Of a DNA stretch of 64,000 nt, positions 26,305 through 39,285 are shown one piece after another; position 1 is the stretch's first letter, and every line of letters begins with the position of its first letter. The DNA comes from Octopus sinensis (lineage: Eukaryota). The notes beneath the pieces are model-generated. The model made no database searches and was not told where the DNA came from. It saw nothing but the letters and a program-made list of their open reading frames with translations. The stretch spans positions 107,136,001 through 107,200,000 of the forward strand of contig NC_043003.1 in assembly GCF_006345805.1 (NCBI RefSeq), in the 5' to 3' direction. The position numbers and the translations under genes are program-made.

Positions 26305-26695
26305 CAGGAGTGGCTGTGTGGTAAGTAGCTTGCTAACCAACCACATGGTTCCGGGTTCAGTCCCACTGCCTGGCATCTTGAGCAAGTATCTTCTGCTATA
26401 GCCCCGGGCCGACCAATGCCTTGTGAATGGATTTGATAGACGGAAACTGAAAGAAGCCCGTCATATATATGTATATATATATGTGTGTGTGTGTGTTTGT
26501 TCCCTTAGCATTGCTTGACTACCGATGCTGGTGTGTTTACGTCCCCGTCACTTAGCGGTTCGGCAAAAAAGACCGATAGAATAAGTACTGGGCTTACAAA
26601 GAATAAGTCTTGGGGGCGATTTGCTCGACTAAAGGCGATGCTCCAGCATGGCTGCAGTCAAATGACTGAAACAAGTAAAAGAGTATAAAAGAGTA
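26305..26695 (+). mobile_element. SINE-A
   Basis: Family A consensus. Confidence 0.85.
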
Positions 26696-26923
26696 ATACA
26701 ATGTTTATAACAAATTTATCTTTTATTTTTTTACTTGTTTCAGTTATTAGACTGTGGCCAGGCTGGGGCACTACCTCGAAGAAATTTTAAGTGGACAAAT
26801 CAACCCCAGCATTTTTTTTTTTTGAAGTCTGACACTTATTCTGTTAGTCTCTCTTGCCAAACTGCTAAATTGCTGGGGCATAAACAAACCAACATTGGCT
26901 GTCAAGTGGTGTAGTGGTGAACA

Positions 26924-26971
<48 letters not shown>

Positions 26972-27005
26972 CATACATTAATCTGTTTTATAGGCATAGT
27001 GGCAC

Positions 27006-27195
27006 ATATGTGTATTATTCCAATATCCTTTGAGTAAAATCCAAAAGTCCAACATTCTATATAAATTCCCTACTGGGAATGACCAACTTTAAGAGAATCT
27101 TACATTGCTTATAAACTTTACATTTGGATGGACTCTTATTAAACTCTGTTGGACTTTTGGATTTTACTCAAAGGATATTGGAATAATACACATAT
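27006..27195. mobile_element. 190-bp MITE with perfect 49-bp terminal inverted repeats
   Basis: atatgtgtattattccaatatcctttgagtaaaatccaaaagtccaaca (27006-27054) is the exact reverse complement of 27147-27195. Confidence 0.85.
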
Positions 27196-28949
27196 ATACC
27201 ATTATGCCTATAAAACGGATTAATGAACTCAATAACTATACATACATATATACATATGTGTGTGTGTGTGTGTGTATGTGTGTGTGTGTGTGCATCTGTG
27301 TATACGTACACTTCTTTCAGTTTCCATCTTGCAAACCCACTCACAGGGCTTTGGTCTGCCTAAGGCTATAGTAGAAGACACTTGCTCAAGGTACCATGAG
27401 TGGAGCTGAACTAGGAACCATGTAGCTGGGGGAGGGGGGCAAATCTCTTACCACTCGGCCATGTCTGTGCCTTGTTAACATTTAATTTCTTTTTATCACC
27501 AACAACTACAATTAGCAATTATATTTTTTATTTTCCAAGAGATTTCTGCAAATAGCCAAGTTCCATGAGACTATCTTGTAGAAATCTTTGGCAATAAAAA
27601 AAGTTTCCTGAAAAAGAGAGAAACATTAACTTTGGCATCTTAGAATCTTTTTTTGAATTAGTTATAATATGGCATGGAACCGGAAAATAGGATGATTCCA
27701 CTGGTAATAAATAAATCCTATCATGTGAATGGCAATCAAATTATCTCCAGGAAAGGTCTGGAACTAAGGTAATGGCTAAAATGTCATAAACATGACAAAT
27801 CAATAATTTGAATGTTGAGGAATATTAACCTCCTCTTCATCTCTGTCGCACTTTTATGTTTTAACACAATGTTTTGCAATAATTCATCGCAGAAATTTAG
27901 ACACATAATCACTATTCAGTATGAACCCAAAACTTCGAAATTACGGAGGCAACGTGAAAAGGAATGAAGGAATGGTAATAACTGGCAAACATCAAACTGC
28001 CATACTGTCTTCTATTGGTGCCAGAGTAACAACTATCTAATATGACAACACTAATAAGCTTTGATCAGTGGAAATGATCAAAGAATTTACCAATTATGGT
28101 CCCCTCTCTCAAGAGGATATTAATGAACAACAGTAGCCACTAAGGGGTCATACTATAAAGAATTTAAGAACACTCAAGTAGTTCATATATCAGAAGATGA
28201 TTGGAGATTAAACCAATTGAAACGGTGAGGAACACAGGAAAAATAAAACAAAAAACAAAACAAAAAACATTGATAGCACCAATAGTCTGGAAAATTTAAA
28301 TTACTGATCAGAGTAATATCACCGAATAAATTTAGTTGGGTGGCAAATCAAATTAGTAGAATGAAGAATCATGAAAGGTGTTGTTCCTGTTACGGCCAAT
28401 AGCCATGAATGGATGCTCTGTATATGAGTAAGGAATTAATCTTTGCTGCCGCTGCTGTATCATCACCACCACCACCACTATCATCATCATTATTTGGCAA
28501 ATTGGCGGAATCGTTAGCATGCCAGGCAAAATGCTCGGGAGCATTTCATCAGCCTTTACATTCCGAGTTCAATTTCTGCTGAGGTCAGTTTTGCTTTTCA
28601 TCCTTTTCGGGGGTGGTCAATCAATTAAAAACCTGTTGCATACTGGGTGTCGATGTAATTGACTACTCACCTCCCCTAAAATTCCAGGCCTTGTGTCTGT
28701 AGCAGAAAGGATGATTATTTAGCAAATTGGCAGAACCATTAGAACATCAGAAAAAAAAAATGCCTTGTCATGTTTCTTTTATCTCCTTATGTTCTGAGTT
28801 CAGACCCCACTGAGGTCAACTTTGTTTTCATTTCTTCAGTACTGGGGCTAATGCTATTGACTCCACCCCTCGAAACTGTTGGCTTTGTGACTAAATCGGA
28901 CTAAATCAGAAACCATTATTATTATTTTTTATTATTATTATTATTATTA

Positions 28950-28981
<32 letters not shown>

Positions 28982-29014
28982 TTTGCTTCTCACATCTCTC
29001 AGACCTTACTTAAT

Positions 29015-29420
29015 CTTTCTACTCTTTTACTTGTTTTCAGTCATTTGACTGTGGCCATACTGGAGCACCACCTTTAGTTGAGCAAATCGACCCCAGTACT
29101 TATTCTTTGTAAGCCTAGTACTTACTCTATTGGTCACTTTTGCTGAACCGCTAAGTTACAGGGACGTAAACACACCAACATCGGTTGTCAAGCGATGTTG
29201 GGGGGACAAACACAGACACAACAAACATATACACACACACACATACACATATATATATACATATATGACGGGCTTCTTTCAGTTTCTGTCTACCAGATCC
29301 ACTCATAAGGCTTTGGTCAGCCCCAAACTATAGTAGAAGACACTTGCCCATGGTGCCACGCAATGGAACTGAACCCGGAACCTTGCTGTTAGGAAGCAAG
29401 CTTCTTATCACACAGCCAAA
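29015..29420 (-). mobile_element. SINE-A
   Basis: Family A consensus. Confidence 0.85.
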
Positions 29421-29579
29421 TTAACAAGATTCTTTTTTTTGTTTATTAAAACTGATAATGTTGCATTTTGTGGATGTTTCCTGTCATTAAAAAACATACA
29501 GGTTGGATGTGATTTACTTTTCAAAGTTGTTAACCTGTGTCAATGAGTGTTAAACAGAAAAAACATAACATGTTAGAGG

Positions 29580-29727
29580 ACGACAATGATTATGATGATG
29601 ATGATGAGGAGGAGGAGGAGGATGAGGAGGAGGATGATAACGACAGCGATGATGATGATGATGATGAGGATGATGATGATGATGATGATGATGATGGTGA
29701 TGATGGTGATGATGATGGTGGTGGTGG

Positions 29728-29760
<33 letters not shown>

Positions 29761-29870
29761 CGATGACAGCGATTATGATGATGATGATGATGATGATGAC
29801 GACGATGATGATGATGATCATGATGATGATCATGACAATGACAGCAATGATGATGATGATGAAGATGATT

Positions 29871-29910
<40 letters not shown>

Positions 29911-29940
29911 CAACGCTGATGATGACGATTATGATGGTGA
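29580..29940. repeat. Long imperfect (GAT)n/(GAG)n microsatellite; similar tract at 25601-25755
   Basis: Visible repeat; explains the poly-D/M/I ORFs. Confidence 0.95.
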
Positions 29941-29984
29941 CAAAATTACAGTAAAAAATCTTGAAATACTAAGGAGTAAATTTA

Positions 29985-30762
29985 TTAAATACAATCACCA
30001 TTGGCATCACCCGCGACCTCCAGACGACTTTGGAATCTCTTGCAACTCTCCAGGATGGTCTCCTTGTTTAAGTTGGTGAATGCTGCCGTAATCTTTGCCT
30101 TCGGTTCCTCTTTGGTGTTACAAGGAGTTTCCTTGGTCTCTTGAGCAACTCTGCGCCACACATAATAATCAAGGGGAGTTGCAGTCTGGAGAGTTAGGTG
30201 GCCAGATGTTTGGGGTGATGTGGTTGCAGAAATTATCTGACAGCCATGACTGAGCTCTCCTGCTTGTGTGGCATAGTGCAGAGTCCTGTTGCCAAACATA
30301 GGGTCTTCCAGCCGCCATCCTCTTCACACAGGGAAGCACTACCTCCTCCAGGCACTTGCTGTAAGCTTCCATGTTGAGTCCGAGGCCATGTGGGAAGATG
30401 GATGGAGGCATAACATCACCATCCCTAGTGATCACTCCAAACACCATGAGGTTGACTGGATGTTTGATTTTTATCACTCTTGGTACATGTTTTGAGGACA
30501 TGGCAAGCCAACGGTTGCTCGGTGTGTTCACCATCTGTTCGTGTTGGAGCTTCTGACACAAATGCCAAGCAGTACAGCATGTCATTTACAAATTCCTGGC
30601 AGGGTGAATTGCATCATGGTGTGGTTTTTCTCACAGACAGTGCCCAACTCACCCTACTATACTGTGTAGTTGACAAAATCAAAAGCAAACAATAAACATG
30701 TGTGAAATTAAAAATATAGAATGACAACAATTAACCCATCACACCCTGCATATATATATATA
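29985..30762 (-). mobile_element. Internally deleted maT-like (DD37D) Tc1/mariner element with transposase C-terminal half
   Basis: KHPVNLMVFGVITRDGDVMPP..YVWQQDSALCHTSRRAQSWLSDNF..WPPNSPDCN, then a frameshift to LDYYVW..ESCKRFQSRLEVAGDANGDCI. TIR-like end ttaacccatcacaccctgcata at about 30730-30750. Confidence 0.88.
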
Positions 30763-31474
30763 TATATATATATACACAAATATAAGAGAGTGTCCACTTT
30801 GTGGGCGCTCATGCGCTAAAAATAGATCTGCTATGGTCTCAACCACCAAGAATTGTTCCCAAAGAGAATTAGCACAACTATGAACGTAAACGAGCAGGAC
30901 AAAAGAAAAATAACAAAAATGTAGATTAATTCTAGACAATTGTTTCGCTGTTAATGTATTATGCAATGTTACTTACATAATATATCTGCAGCTCTTCAGT
31001 AGAATTTGTCATGAATACAATTTACTGAACCGCACGCCAGATTTTAACATAACATCAAACACACGTGTGGTTCAATCTATTATATTCGCAGTTATGATTC
31101 GAATGCCCTCGTTATAGCGTGCCAAAATTCCCGGATACAAATACTGCATCAATAATTTAATGCAGTATAATTAAAATCAAAAATAAGGGTGCAGTGTGTG
31201 ATGCAAACAATCAATGGTAAACACATTTGACCATATATTCTGATGAATATGTTTAATGTAAGAGAATAAGAGAATAGTGGAGGATTCTAATTAATTTATC
31301 AACAGGTGATTCTGGTTTTAAAATGTTTGTACATGAAGTGCAAGAACTGGCTATATGCATACATGCTTGTATACATATACGCATATACATGCATGTGTTT
31401 ATGCATGTATGCATATATGTATGTGCATATATATATATATATATGTGTGTGCATGTGTGTGTGTGTGTGTGTGT

Positions 31475-31712
31475 GGAGGTGCGTGGCTTAGTGGTTAGGC
31501 TGTCAGCATCATGATTGTAAGATTGTGGTTTCGATTCCTGGACCGGGCAACGCGTTGTGTTCTTGAGCAAAACACTTCATTTCACGATGCTCCAGTCCAC
31601 ACAGCTGGCAAAAATGAGTAACGCTGCGTTGGACTGGCGTTCCGTCCGACTAGGGAACACATACGCCATTGAAACCAGGAAACCGGGCCCATGAGCCTGG
31701 CTAGGCTTTAAA
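31475..31712 (+). mobile_element. tRNA-derived SINE (C-related subfamily); similar heads at 34195 and 62060
   Basis: ggaggtgcgtggcttagtggttagg..gtttcgattcc..tcttgagcaaaacactt. Confidence 0.7.
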
Positions 31713-31754
31713 AGGGCGCATTTATTTTTATATGCCCAAATATTCTCTAATTTC

Positions 31755-33845
31755 ACTGGTCCCACTCCTGAACTATATGGTCGTTATATTGACGACATTA
31801 TCGGTGCCACCTCACTCTCCCGCGAACATCTAGATTCCTTCCTCTCTTTCGTCCAATCTTTCCATCCAGCCAGCCCTCCACTTCACTTCCACTATCTCCA
31901 ACACTCTGTCCTCCTTCCTCGACATTTCGGTAGCATTCTTCACTCCACTCTTACCACCTCTCCATTCACTACAAACACACAGACTCACACTCATACCTCA
32001 ACTTCTCTTCCTCCCACCGAACACACCAAGCTTTCCATCCCCTATTCCCAATTCCTCCGTCTACGTAGGCTCTGTAGTGACGACCATGACTTTGAGACTC
32101 AGTCTCAACGTATGGCTCACCACTTCACCCTACGTGGATACCCCCTCACCACTATCCACACCGCCCTTGCCAAGCACGGTCCGTGGACGTGTATCTACTC
32201 TCTCTCCCCGAACCCGCCCTGTAGTCTCCCGCCTCCCTTTTCCCCTCACTTACCACCCCCGACCCTACGTCTCCAACGCACCATTCTTCGAGCTTTCCGT
32301 CATCTCCCAGTCCGACCCGTCCACTTCACACCTCTCCCTAACCGACCCCTCCTCTCTTTCAAACGAGCCCACAACCTTCGAGACCTTTTGGTCCATAGCT
32401 CCTTCCCTGACCCTACCTCCCAACCCGGCTCGTTCCCCTGCTCCCGCCCACGTTGCTGCACTTGCCCTTACCTCTCCAACACCACCCGCCTCACTAGCAC
32501 CCACCATCGACCCTATCCCATCATCCACTCCTTCACCTGCACCTCCAGCAATATTATCTATTGCATCTCTTGCTCTCTCTGCAATTCCTTGTACATCGGA
32601 CAAACGGACGCCGCCGCTTGGCTGACCGTTTCGCGGAACCACCTTCGTGACATCCACCTTGCGAACGACACACCGGTCTCACGCCATTTCCGCTCCACCG
32701 GTCACTCCTTGCAACACCTATCTGTGTTCGGTTTGTCCTTACACAGAGGCCATCCGGATTCCCGTTTGCGCCGTGAACAGGAATTAATCTTCTCTCTCTT
32801 CGCTCTTATACGCCATTTGGTCTCAACTCTCCCCCCCTCCTCATCTAACCCCCCCCTCCCCCCCTCCTCACCTATCCTTTCTCCCCCCGACCCCTACTTC
32901 TTCAGTCCTTCATCCTTTCACCCCTACTCCTCCCTCTTCCCTCTTTCTCCTCCCTCTTCTCCCTTTCCTCTGCTCCCTCACTCCCTCTCTCTCCCTCACT
33001 CCCTCTCTCTCCCCTTCTCTCTCCCCCTCTCCCTCTTTCCTCCTTCATCCCCCTCATCCCCTTCCTTCTCCCCCATCCTCTCCTCTCCCCTTTCTCCTCC
33101 CCCTCTTCTTCCCCTCCCCTTCTCTCCCCCCTCTTCTCCCCCTCCCCCTCTTCTCTCCTCACTACACCAACATGACTTTACACATCACATCACATATGAT
33201 GTGCCATACTAATACACACACCAACTAATACATACTAATACGTACTAATACATACTAGTACATACTAATACTTACACCAACCTATACATACACACGTCCA
33301 GACCCCGCATACGCACTTATACTCTCTCTCACACACACACACACCTATACATACCAATACGTACTAATACATACTAATACATACTAATACATACACCAAC
33401 CCCATACATACGCACGTCCAGACCAATCTTACGCACTAATATCTCTCATACACACACACCACACACACACACCCTTATACATACTAATAATACACCAACC
33501 CTATACATACACACATCCAGACCCCTCCCACGCACTTTTAGCTGGTCCCTCAACCCATTTATCAACCCTATTATCTCCCCTTATTTCGCTCTCGCGTCTC
33601 ATGTTTGATCTTTGACCTCTGGCCGAAATCAGATCGCCATGTTGATTCGTTAGCTACTGCACGCGCATTTTTTTTCTCTCCTTCTTTCTGTGTTTTTCTC
33701 TCTCTGTGTATCTTTCTGTTGAAGAGCGTAGGCTCGAAACGTTAAGACTTGTTTTATTTATATTTCCTGAGCGCCATACTAATACAATTGTTCGTTTGTT
33801 TTCCACCTGCCTTCGTCTTTTGTTTATTTTCATAAAGCTTCCCGT

Positions 33846-33850
<5 letters not shown>
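31755..33850 (+). mobile_element. 5'-truncated Penelope-like retroelement: RT C-terminal half + GIY-YIG endonuclease, pyrimidine-rich 3' region and terminal pseudo-LTR
   Basis: RYIDD at 31782-31796; SFLDI; YKHTDSHSYL; IPYSQFLRLRRLCS; FKRAHNLRDLLV; C..PRCCTC; IIYCISCSLC..LYIGQT; VSRHF; RLRREQELIF. Several frameshifts. Three about 115-bp repeats at 33200-33530. Confidence 0.92.
33711..33748 (+). ncRNA. Minimal type-I hammerhead-like motif with non-canonical core CUGUUGA
   Basis: tcttt-CTGTTGA-A-GAGC(gtag)GCTC-GAAA-CG-TT-aaga. Homologues at 9335(+), 51513(+), 57975(-), 60420(-). Confidence 0.55.
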
Positions 33851-33876
<26 letters not shown>

Positions 33877-33919
33877 ATATATATATACGTATGTGTGTAT
33901 GCATGCATATATGTAAATA

Positions 33920-34170
33920 TATATTTCTTTACTGCCCACAAAGGGCTAAACATAGAGGGGACAAACAAGGACAGACAAAGGGATTAAATCGATTACATCA
34001 ACCCCAGTGCGTAACTGGTACTTTATTTATCGACCCCGAAAGGATGAAAGCAAAGACCTCGCGGAATTGAACTCGAACCGCGGCGAATTTGTGAACAGAA
34101 CTACGTAACGGCGGACGCAATACGGCTACGCATTTCGCCCGGCGTGCTAACGTTTCTGCCAGCTCACTGC
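33920..34170 (-). mobile_element. SINE-B
   Basis: Family B consensus. Confidence 0.8.
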
Positions 34171-34671
34171 CTATATGTAAATATAGGTATGCGAAGGCAC
34201 ATGGCTCAGTCATTAGAGCATCAGGCTCGTAATCATGAGGTAGTGAGTTCAATTCCTGGATCAGGCTGTGTGTTATGTTCTTGAGCAAGACACTTTATTT
34301 CATGTGACTCCAGTTTACTCAGCTGTAGAAATGAGTTGCTCAGGTATAGAGATGACATCACTGGTGCCAAGCTGTAGCAGCCTTTGTTTTTCCTTAGGAT
34401 AACAGCAGTGGCATGGAGAGGGAAGGTTTGGTTGCATAGGTGACTGCTGGTCTTCCATAAAAACAACCTTGTCCAGAGTTGTTCTTTGGAGGGGAACTTT
34501 CTAGGTGCAAGTCCATGATCATTCATGTCCAAAGAGGGGCTTTACCCTTATGTATGTATGTCTCCATGTATGTATATATATATATATATATATACGTGTA
34601 TGTGTGTATTACATGTATGCATGTATATATATATATATATACGTGTATGTGTGTATATACATATATGCATG

Positions 34672-34715
<44 letters not shown>

Positions 34716-34723
34716 TGTGCATG

Positions 34724-34754
<31 letters not shown>

Positions 34755-34764
34755 TATATAATAT

Positions 34765-34806
<42 letters not shown>

Positions 34807-36116
34807 ATATATATATAATATATAGATATATATAAATAATATATATAATATATATATATATAGAATATAATAAGTGGAAAAACTAATTTCTGTGAGTCAC
34901 ACTTAGACCCCCTCTCTCACTATTCAATGACACTCTACTATTTCCTCATGATGGGGTGAGAGTAATTGTAGGCATAGAGACAGTGAAGGTGGTGGCAAAG
35001 ACAGAGAGAGAGAGAGAGAAAAAGAAAAAGAGAGGGAGAGAAAGAGAGACAAAGAAATTTAGGGAGAGTTGATGATGTTTTATAAAAAGTAGGAGTGTTA
35101 ATGGTGGCAGTGGGAGTAATAATAAGAAAGAGAGAAAGAGTGGGTACGTGAGAGAGAGAGGGAGACACAAACTCCTGTCACCAACATACTGAACATTATC
35201 ATTTTTGTTTTATTTTTTGCTTTCTTTAATACACACACACACACACACGTATATATATAAAATAAACTTTAACTGAAATAAAGTTTCCCCAAAATTAAAC
35301 GTATCTAATATAATAAATGTGAACGTCAGTGTGTCACACTTCTACAACTTGATTAAATCCTTTCAACTGGAAGCACAAGGCCTCAAATTTTGAGGGAAGG
35401 GATTAAGTTGACTACAACGACCCCAGTATGTAACTGGTACTGATTTTATCGACCTCGAAAGGATGAAAGACAAATCGACCTCAGCGGAATTTGAACTCAA
35501 AACCTAATGGCAGACAAAATACCCCTAAGCATTTCACCCGATTCTGCCAGCTCGCCACCTTAATATAATATAATAATATAATATAATAAATGTGAATGTC
35601 AGTGTGTCACACTTTTTCACCTTTACTCCTAGGGGCCTAACACAACAGATCATACCATTTTGGAATCAGGCTGACTCCATGAGTAAATTAAAAACATTCT
35701 GGGCTGAATCCAGACCCACAATCCCAAAATTTTGGATTCCCAAGTTTTCATTACTGATTGTTTTCAGCGATTTTTTTACATGGCTTTTTGTGACAAATTT
35801 TTTTGTACGATAGCAATTTCTATAATCTAAAGGCCCACTCCATGAATAAATTAAAAACACTAACGGCCAAACCCAAACCTGTAATCCTGAAATTTTGGAT
35901 TGTTTTCATAACTGCGATTGTTTTCGGCAATTTTTTTACATGATTTTTTTCGACGAATATGATCTTTATTGGGATATGACTCTGGCAGAAGCAACAAATT
36001 GCAACAAATTCTCCAAAACAAGTCAGAGATCTGTTTGCAGATTTTCCCATTCAGGGTCAGTTGCTTAAAAGCTATATACCAGCTTAAAAGCCACCCTATC
36101 AGGTAGCTTTTAAGCT

Positions 36117-36180
<64 letters not shown>

Positions 36181-36195
36181 TAATATATATATAAT

Positions 36196-36575
36196 ACTAG
36201 CAGTATCGCCAGCATTGCTTGGGTTTGTTTCGACCCTTTAGAATTGGAATTTTTTGAAAAGTAAAAATTTTGCATTATGTAGCTTGTTATTTTCTTTAAG
36301 TGAACATTTCTCTGGTTGAAATACGCCGAAAAATGGTGACACAGCAGTAAAAAAATCATAAAAAATAGGGATTTTCATAGAAAAAAAGCACCTTTTTGAT
36401 GTAAATAATTTTTGATGTTAACATGATTCGATTTGAATTTTTTCTTCTACGGAAGGAAGAACAAGCCTTCTTCTATCATACTTTCAATTTTAGTCAACTT
36501 GCGCCACAGGGTCTCGGAGGAGATAGTGTTAGTTGAAGGCTACAAAACCTGCCATACACAGACAACTTCAGCTTT
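36196..36575 (+). mobile_element. Second copy of the 370-bp Helitron-like element in (TA)n
   Basis: Aligns end to end with 11298-11670. Confidence 0.55.
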
Positions 36576-37307
36576 ATATATATATATATATGGATGGGTG
36601 TACATATGTATATGTGTATGCATGTGTGTATATATGTATTTGTGTATATATGTCTGCATGCATGTATATTGTTCATGGATCCCATGTAGCATAAATATCT
36701 TAATATCTAAACCAGAATACGACAGCAAGCTGGCAGAACCGTTAGCATCCCAGGCAAAGTGCTTGGCAGCCTTTCATTCATCTTTAAGATCTAGGTTCAA
36801 ATTCCACTGAGGCCGACTTTGCTTTTCATTCTTCCAGGGTCAATGAAATAATAAACACTAGTTGAACACTGGGGTTGATGCAATTGACTTACCCCCCCCT
36901 AAAATTGCTGGCCTTGGGCCAAAATTTGAAGCCAATATCTTACAAGTATCGTCTGTTGATAAATGAACTAGAATTCCTTGGTGTTATTCTCTTTTATCAA
37001 ACAGGTTCATCAGAATATATTGTCAAATGTGTTTACAATTGATCGTTTGCGTTACGCGCCACACCCATCCCCCACCCCTCATTCATCAGATCCATACCAA
37101 GCCTCACTTCCCCACCATCACCATCATCCCCATCATTGATCAGAGGAATTTTACGCACTCCAGATGCTGATCTCATTGATTGGAGGAGAGATTACACACT
37201 CCACAGCCTGTCTCCTACATCAAGCTTCCTCGTTAACACTTCAGAAATCAGGATCTCAATTAATTACATTCAAATCACTGACTTTATCAAATTCAACAAA
37301 CTCCTCA

Positions 37308-37309
<2 letters not shown>

Positions 37310-37377
<68 letters not shown>

Positions 37378-37730
37378 TCTCTCCTCTCCGCTCTCTCTCT
37401 CTCTCTCTCCGTCTCTCTACACAAACACACACACATATACACACATGCATGCACACACACACACACACACATGCATACACACACACGCACATGCATACAC
37501 ACACATACACAAGCACATACCCCCTCACACACACATGCATGCATGCACACATACACATACCCACTCACACACACATACACATACCCACTCACACACACAT
37601 GCACATACCCCCTCACACACACATTCACATACCTCCTCAAACACACACATGCTTGCACATACCCCCTCACACACATACATGCACATACACCCTCACATGC
37701 ACACACACACACACACACACTCACTGACAC
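37310..37730. repeat. (CT)n followed by degenerate (CA)n / cacacatac repeats
   Basis: Visible simple repeats. Confidence 0.9.
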
Positions 37731-38299
37731 ACAGAGCAACAAGTCATTGGGTTGGCAGACAAAATGTTTTTGTTTTTTTCCATTTTTGGATTTGGTTTGC
37801 AAGATTCTTTATATGAGTTCGTGTGTTGAAGCATATTTTGTTGTGTCTGGGGAGAGTCATTTTCTTTTCATGCCTTTACCCATCCATCCATCTTCCCCAC
37901 CCTTTTATCTTGGAAGGGTGGCAAAGGGTAGGGTCCTCAGCCACCTCCTCCTCCGTAGGGTCCTATCAGAAACAACTGCCATTCCACTTTCCTTCTGGAT
38001 TCCTAAGCATGGCTATTTATTTTAATTCCTTCCAATATTATTTGAATTAGCATGAAAAATGGTTTTATCATAAGGTTTATGGGGGAGTTTTTTGAAGCTC
38101 TTTCGTGTTTTTGTTTTTAAAATTCGAATAAATTTTACCTCTTTTCTGACATTTGACAATGATAGAGTACCAAGTTGAAGAATACAAACCAATTTATCTG
38201 ACAGCCCAATGCAAGATCTTCATCTTAGATTTTAAATATTTATTATACAAGACATTTACAAACACAATCCTAGAACAGTAAAGCATATTTTTAGTTCCC

Positions 38300-38705
38300 T
38301 TTTACTCTTTTACTTGTTTTAGTCATTTGACTGTGGCCATGCTGGAGCACCGCCTTTAGTCGAGCAAATCGACCCAGGACTTATTCTTTGTAAGCCTAGT
38401 ACTTATTCTACCAGTCTCTTTTGCCGAACTGTTAAGTTACGGGGACATAAACACACCAGCATTGGTTGTCAAGCAATGTTGGGGAGACAAACACAGACAC
38501 ACAAACATATATACACACACACATATATATATATATATATACATATATATGAGAGGCTTCTTCCAGTTTCCATCTACCAAATCCACTCACAAGGCTTTGG
38601 TTAGCCTGAAGCTATAGTAGAAGACACTTACACAAGGTGCCACGCAATGGGACTGAACCCGGAACATGTGGTTGGTAAGCAAGCTTCTTACCACACAGCC
38701 ACAGG
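38300..38705 (-). mobile_element. SINE-A
   Basis: Family A consensus. Confidence 0.85.
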
Positions 38706-39285
38706 AGGACCTTTTTTTTGGTTTTCTTACTTTGGTTTGTTTTAGAAATTTTTCATGTAAATAAAAAGACAGTGAGCTGGCAGAACCATTTGCACGTTGG
38801 ACAGAATGTTGAGAGGCATTCCTTCTGGTCCTTTATGTTGTGAGTTCAAATCCCACCTTACCTTTCATTCCTTTGGGATCAATAAAAGGAAGTACCAGTC
38901 ATACACTGAGGTCAGTGTAACTGACTTGACCCCTCCAGTGTGCTGATCTTGAGCACTGTTGTGATCTTAATCATTTATAAATCACAGAAAGCAGATAACT
39001 GGCTTTAAGAGTCCCAGGGTTCAAAGCTGGGTCTTTTTTTGTTGCTGTCATCATTTTCTAATTTTTGTATTTTGTTCCAGTTTTTTTTCCAATTTGGTTT
39101 CCCAATTTAGTTTTGTATGTTGATTATAAAAATGAAAATTCTTTTAGCCATAAATGAATAACTAAAAAGTTAATAGCTTTTAAAGTCATGGACGTATTGG
39201 TGCCTGTTTCCATAGTAACGAGTGAACCTGTAATCTGCTGCTTGAATCACCATCACCACAACGTGCATTCTCTTTTAGATCAGGT

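Noticed and set aside
27480-27610. Strong minus-strand acceptor followed by RNF..LQDSLMEL, a possible upstream IQCG exon
   Set aside because: All three frames hit stops within about 30 codons, and the spacing does not fit IQCG.
29537-30079. 180-aa acidic ORF and other poly-D/M/I/H/YI ORFs
   Set aside because: Microsatellite read-through.
36995-37816. Long open plus-strand frame (includes ORF 37136-37816)
   Set aside because: The 3' two-thirds is (CT)n/(CA)n; the unique part matches nothing I recognise.
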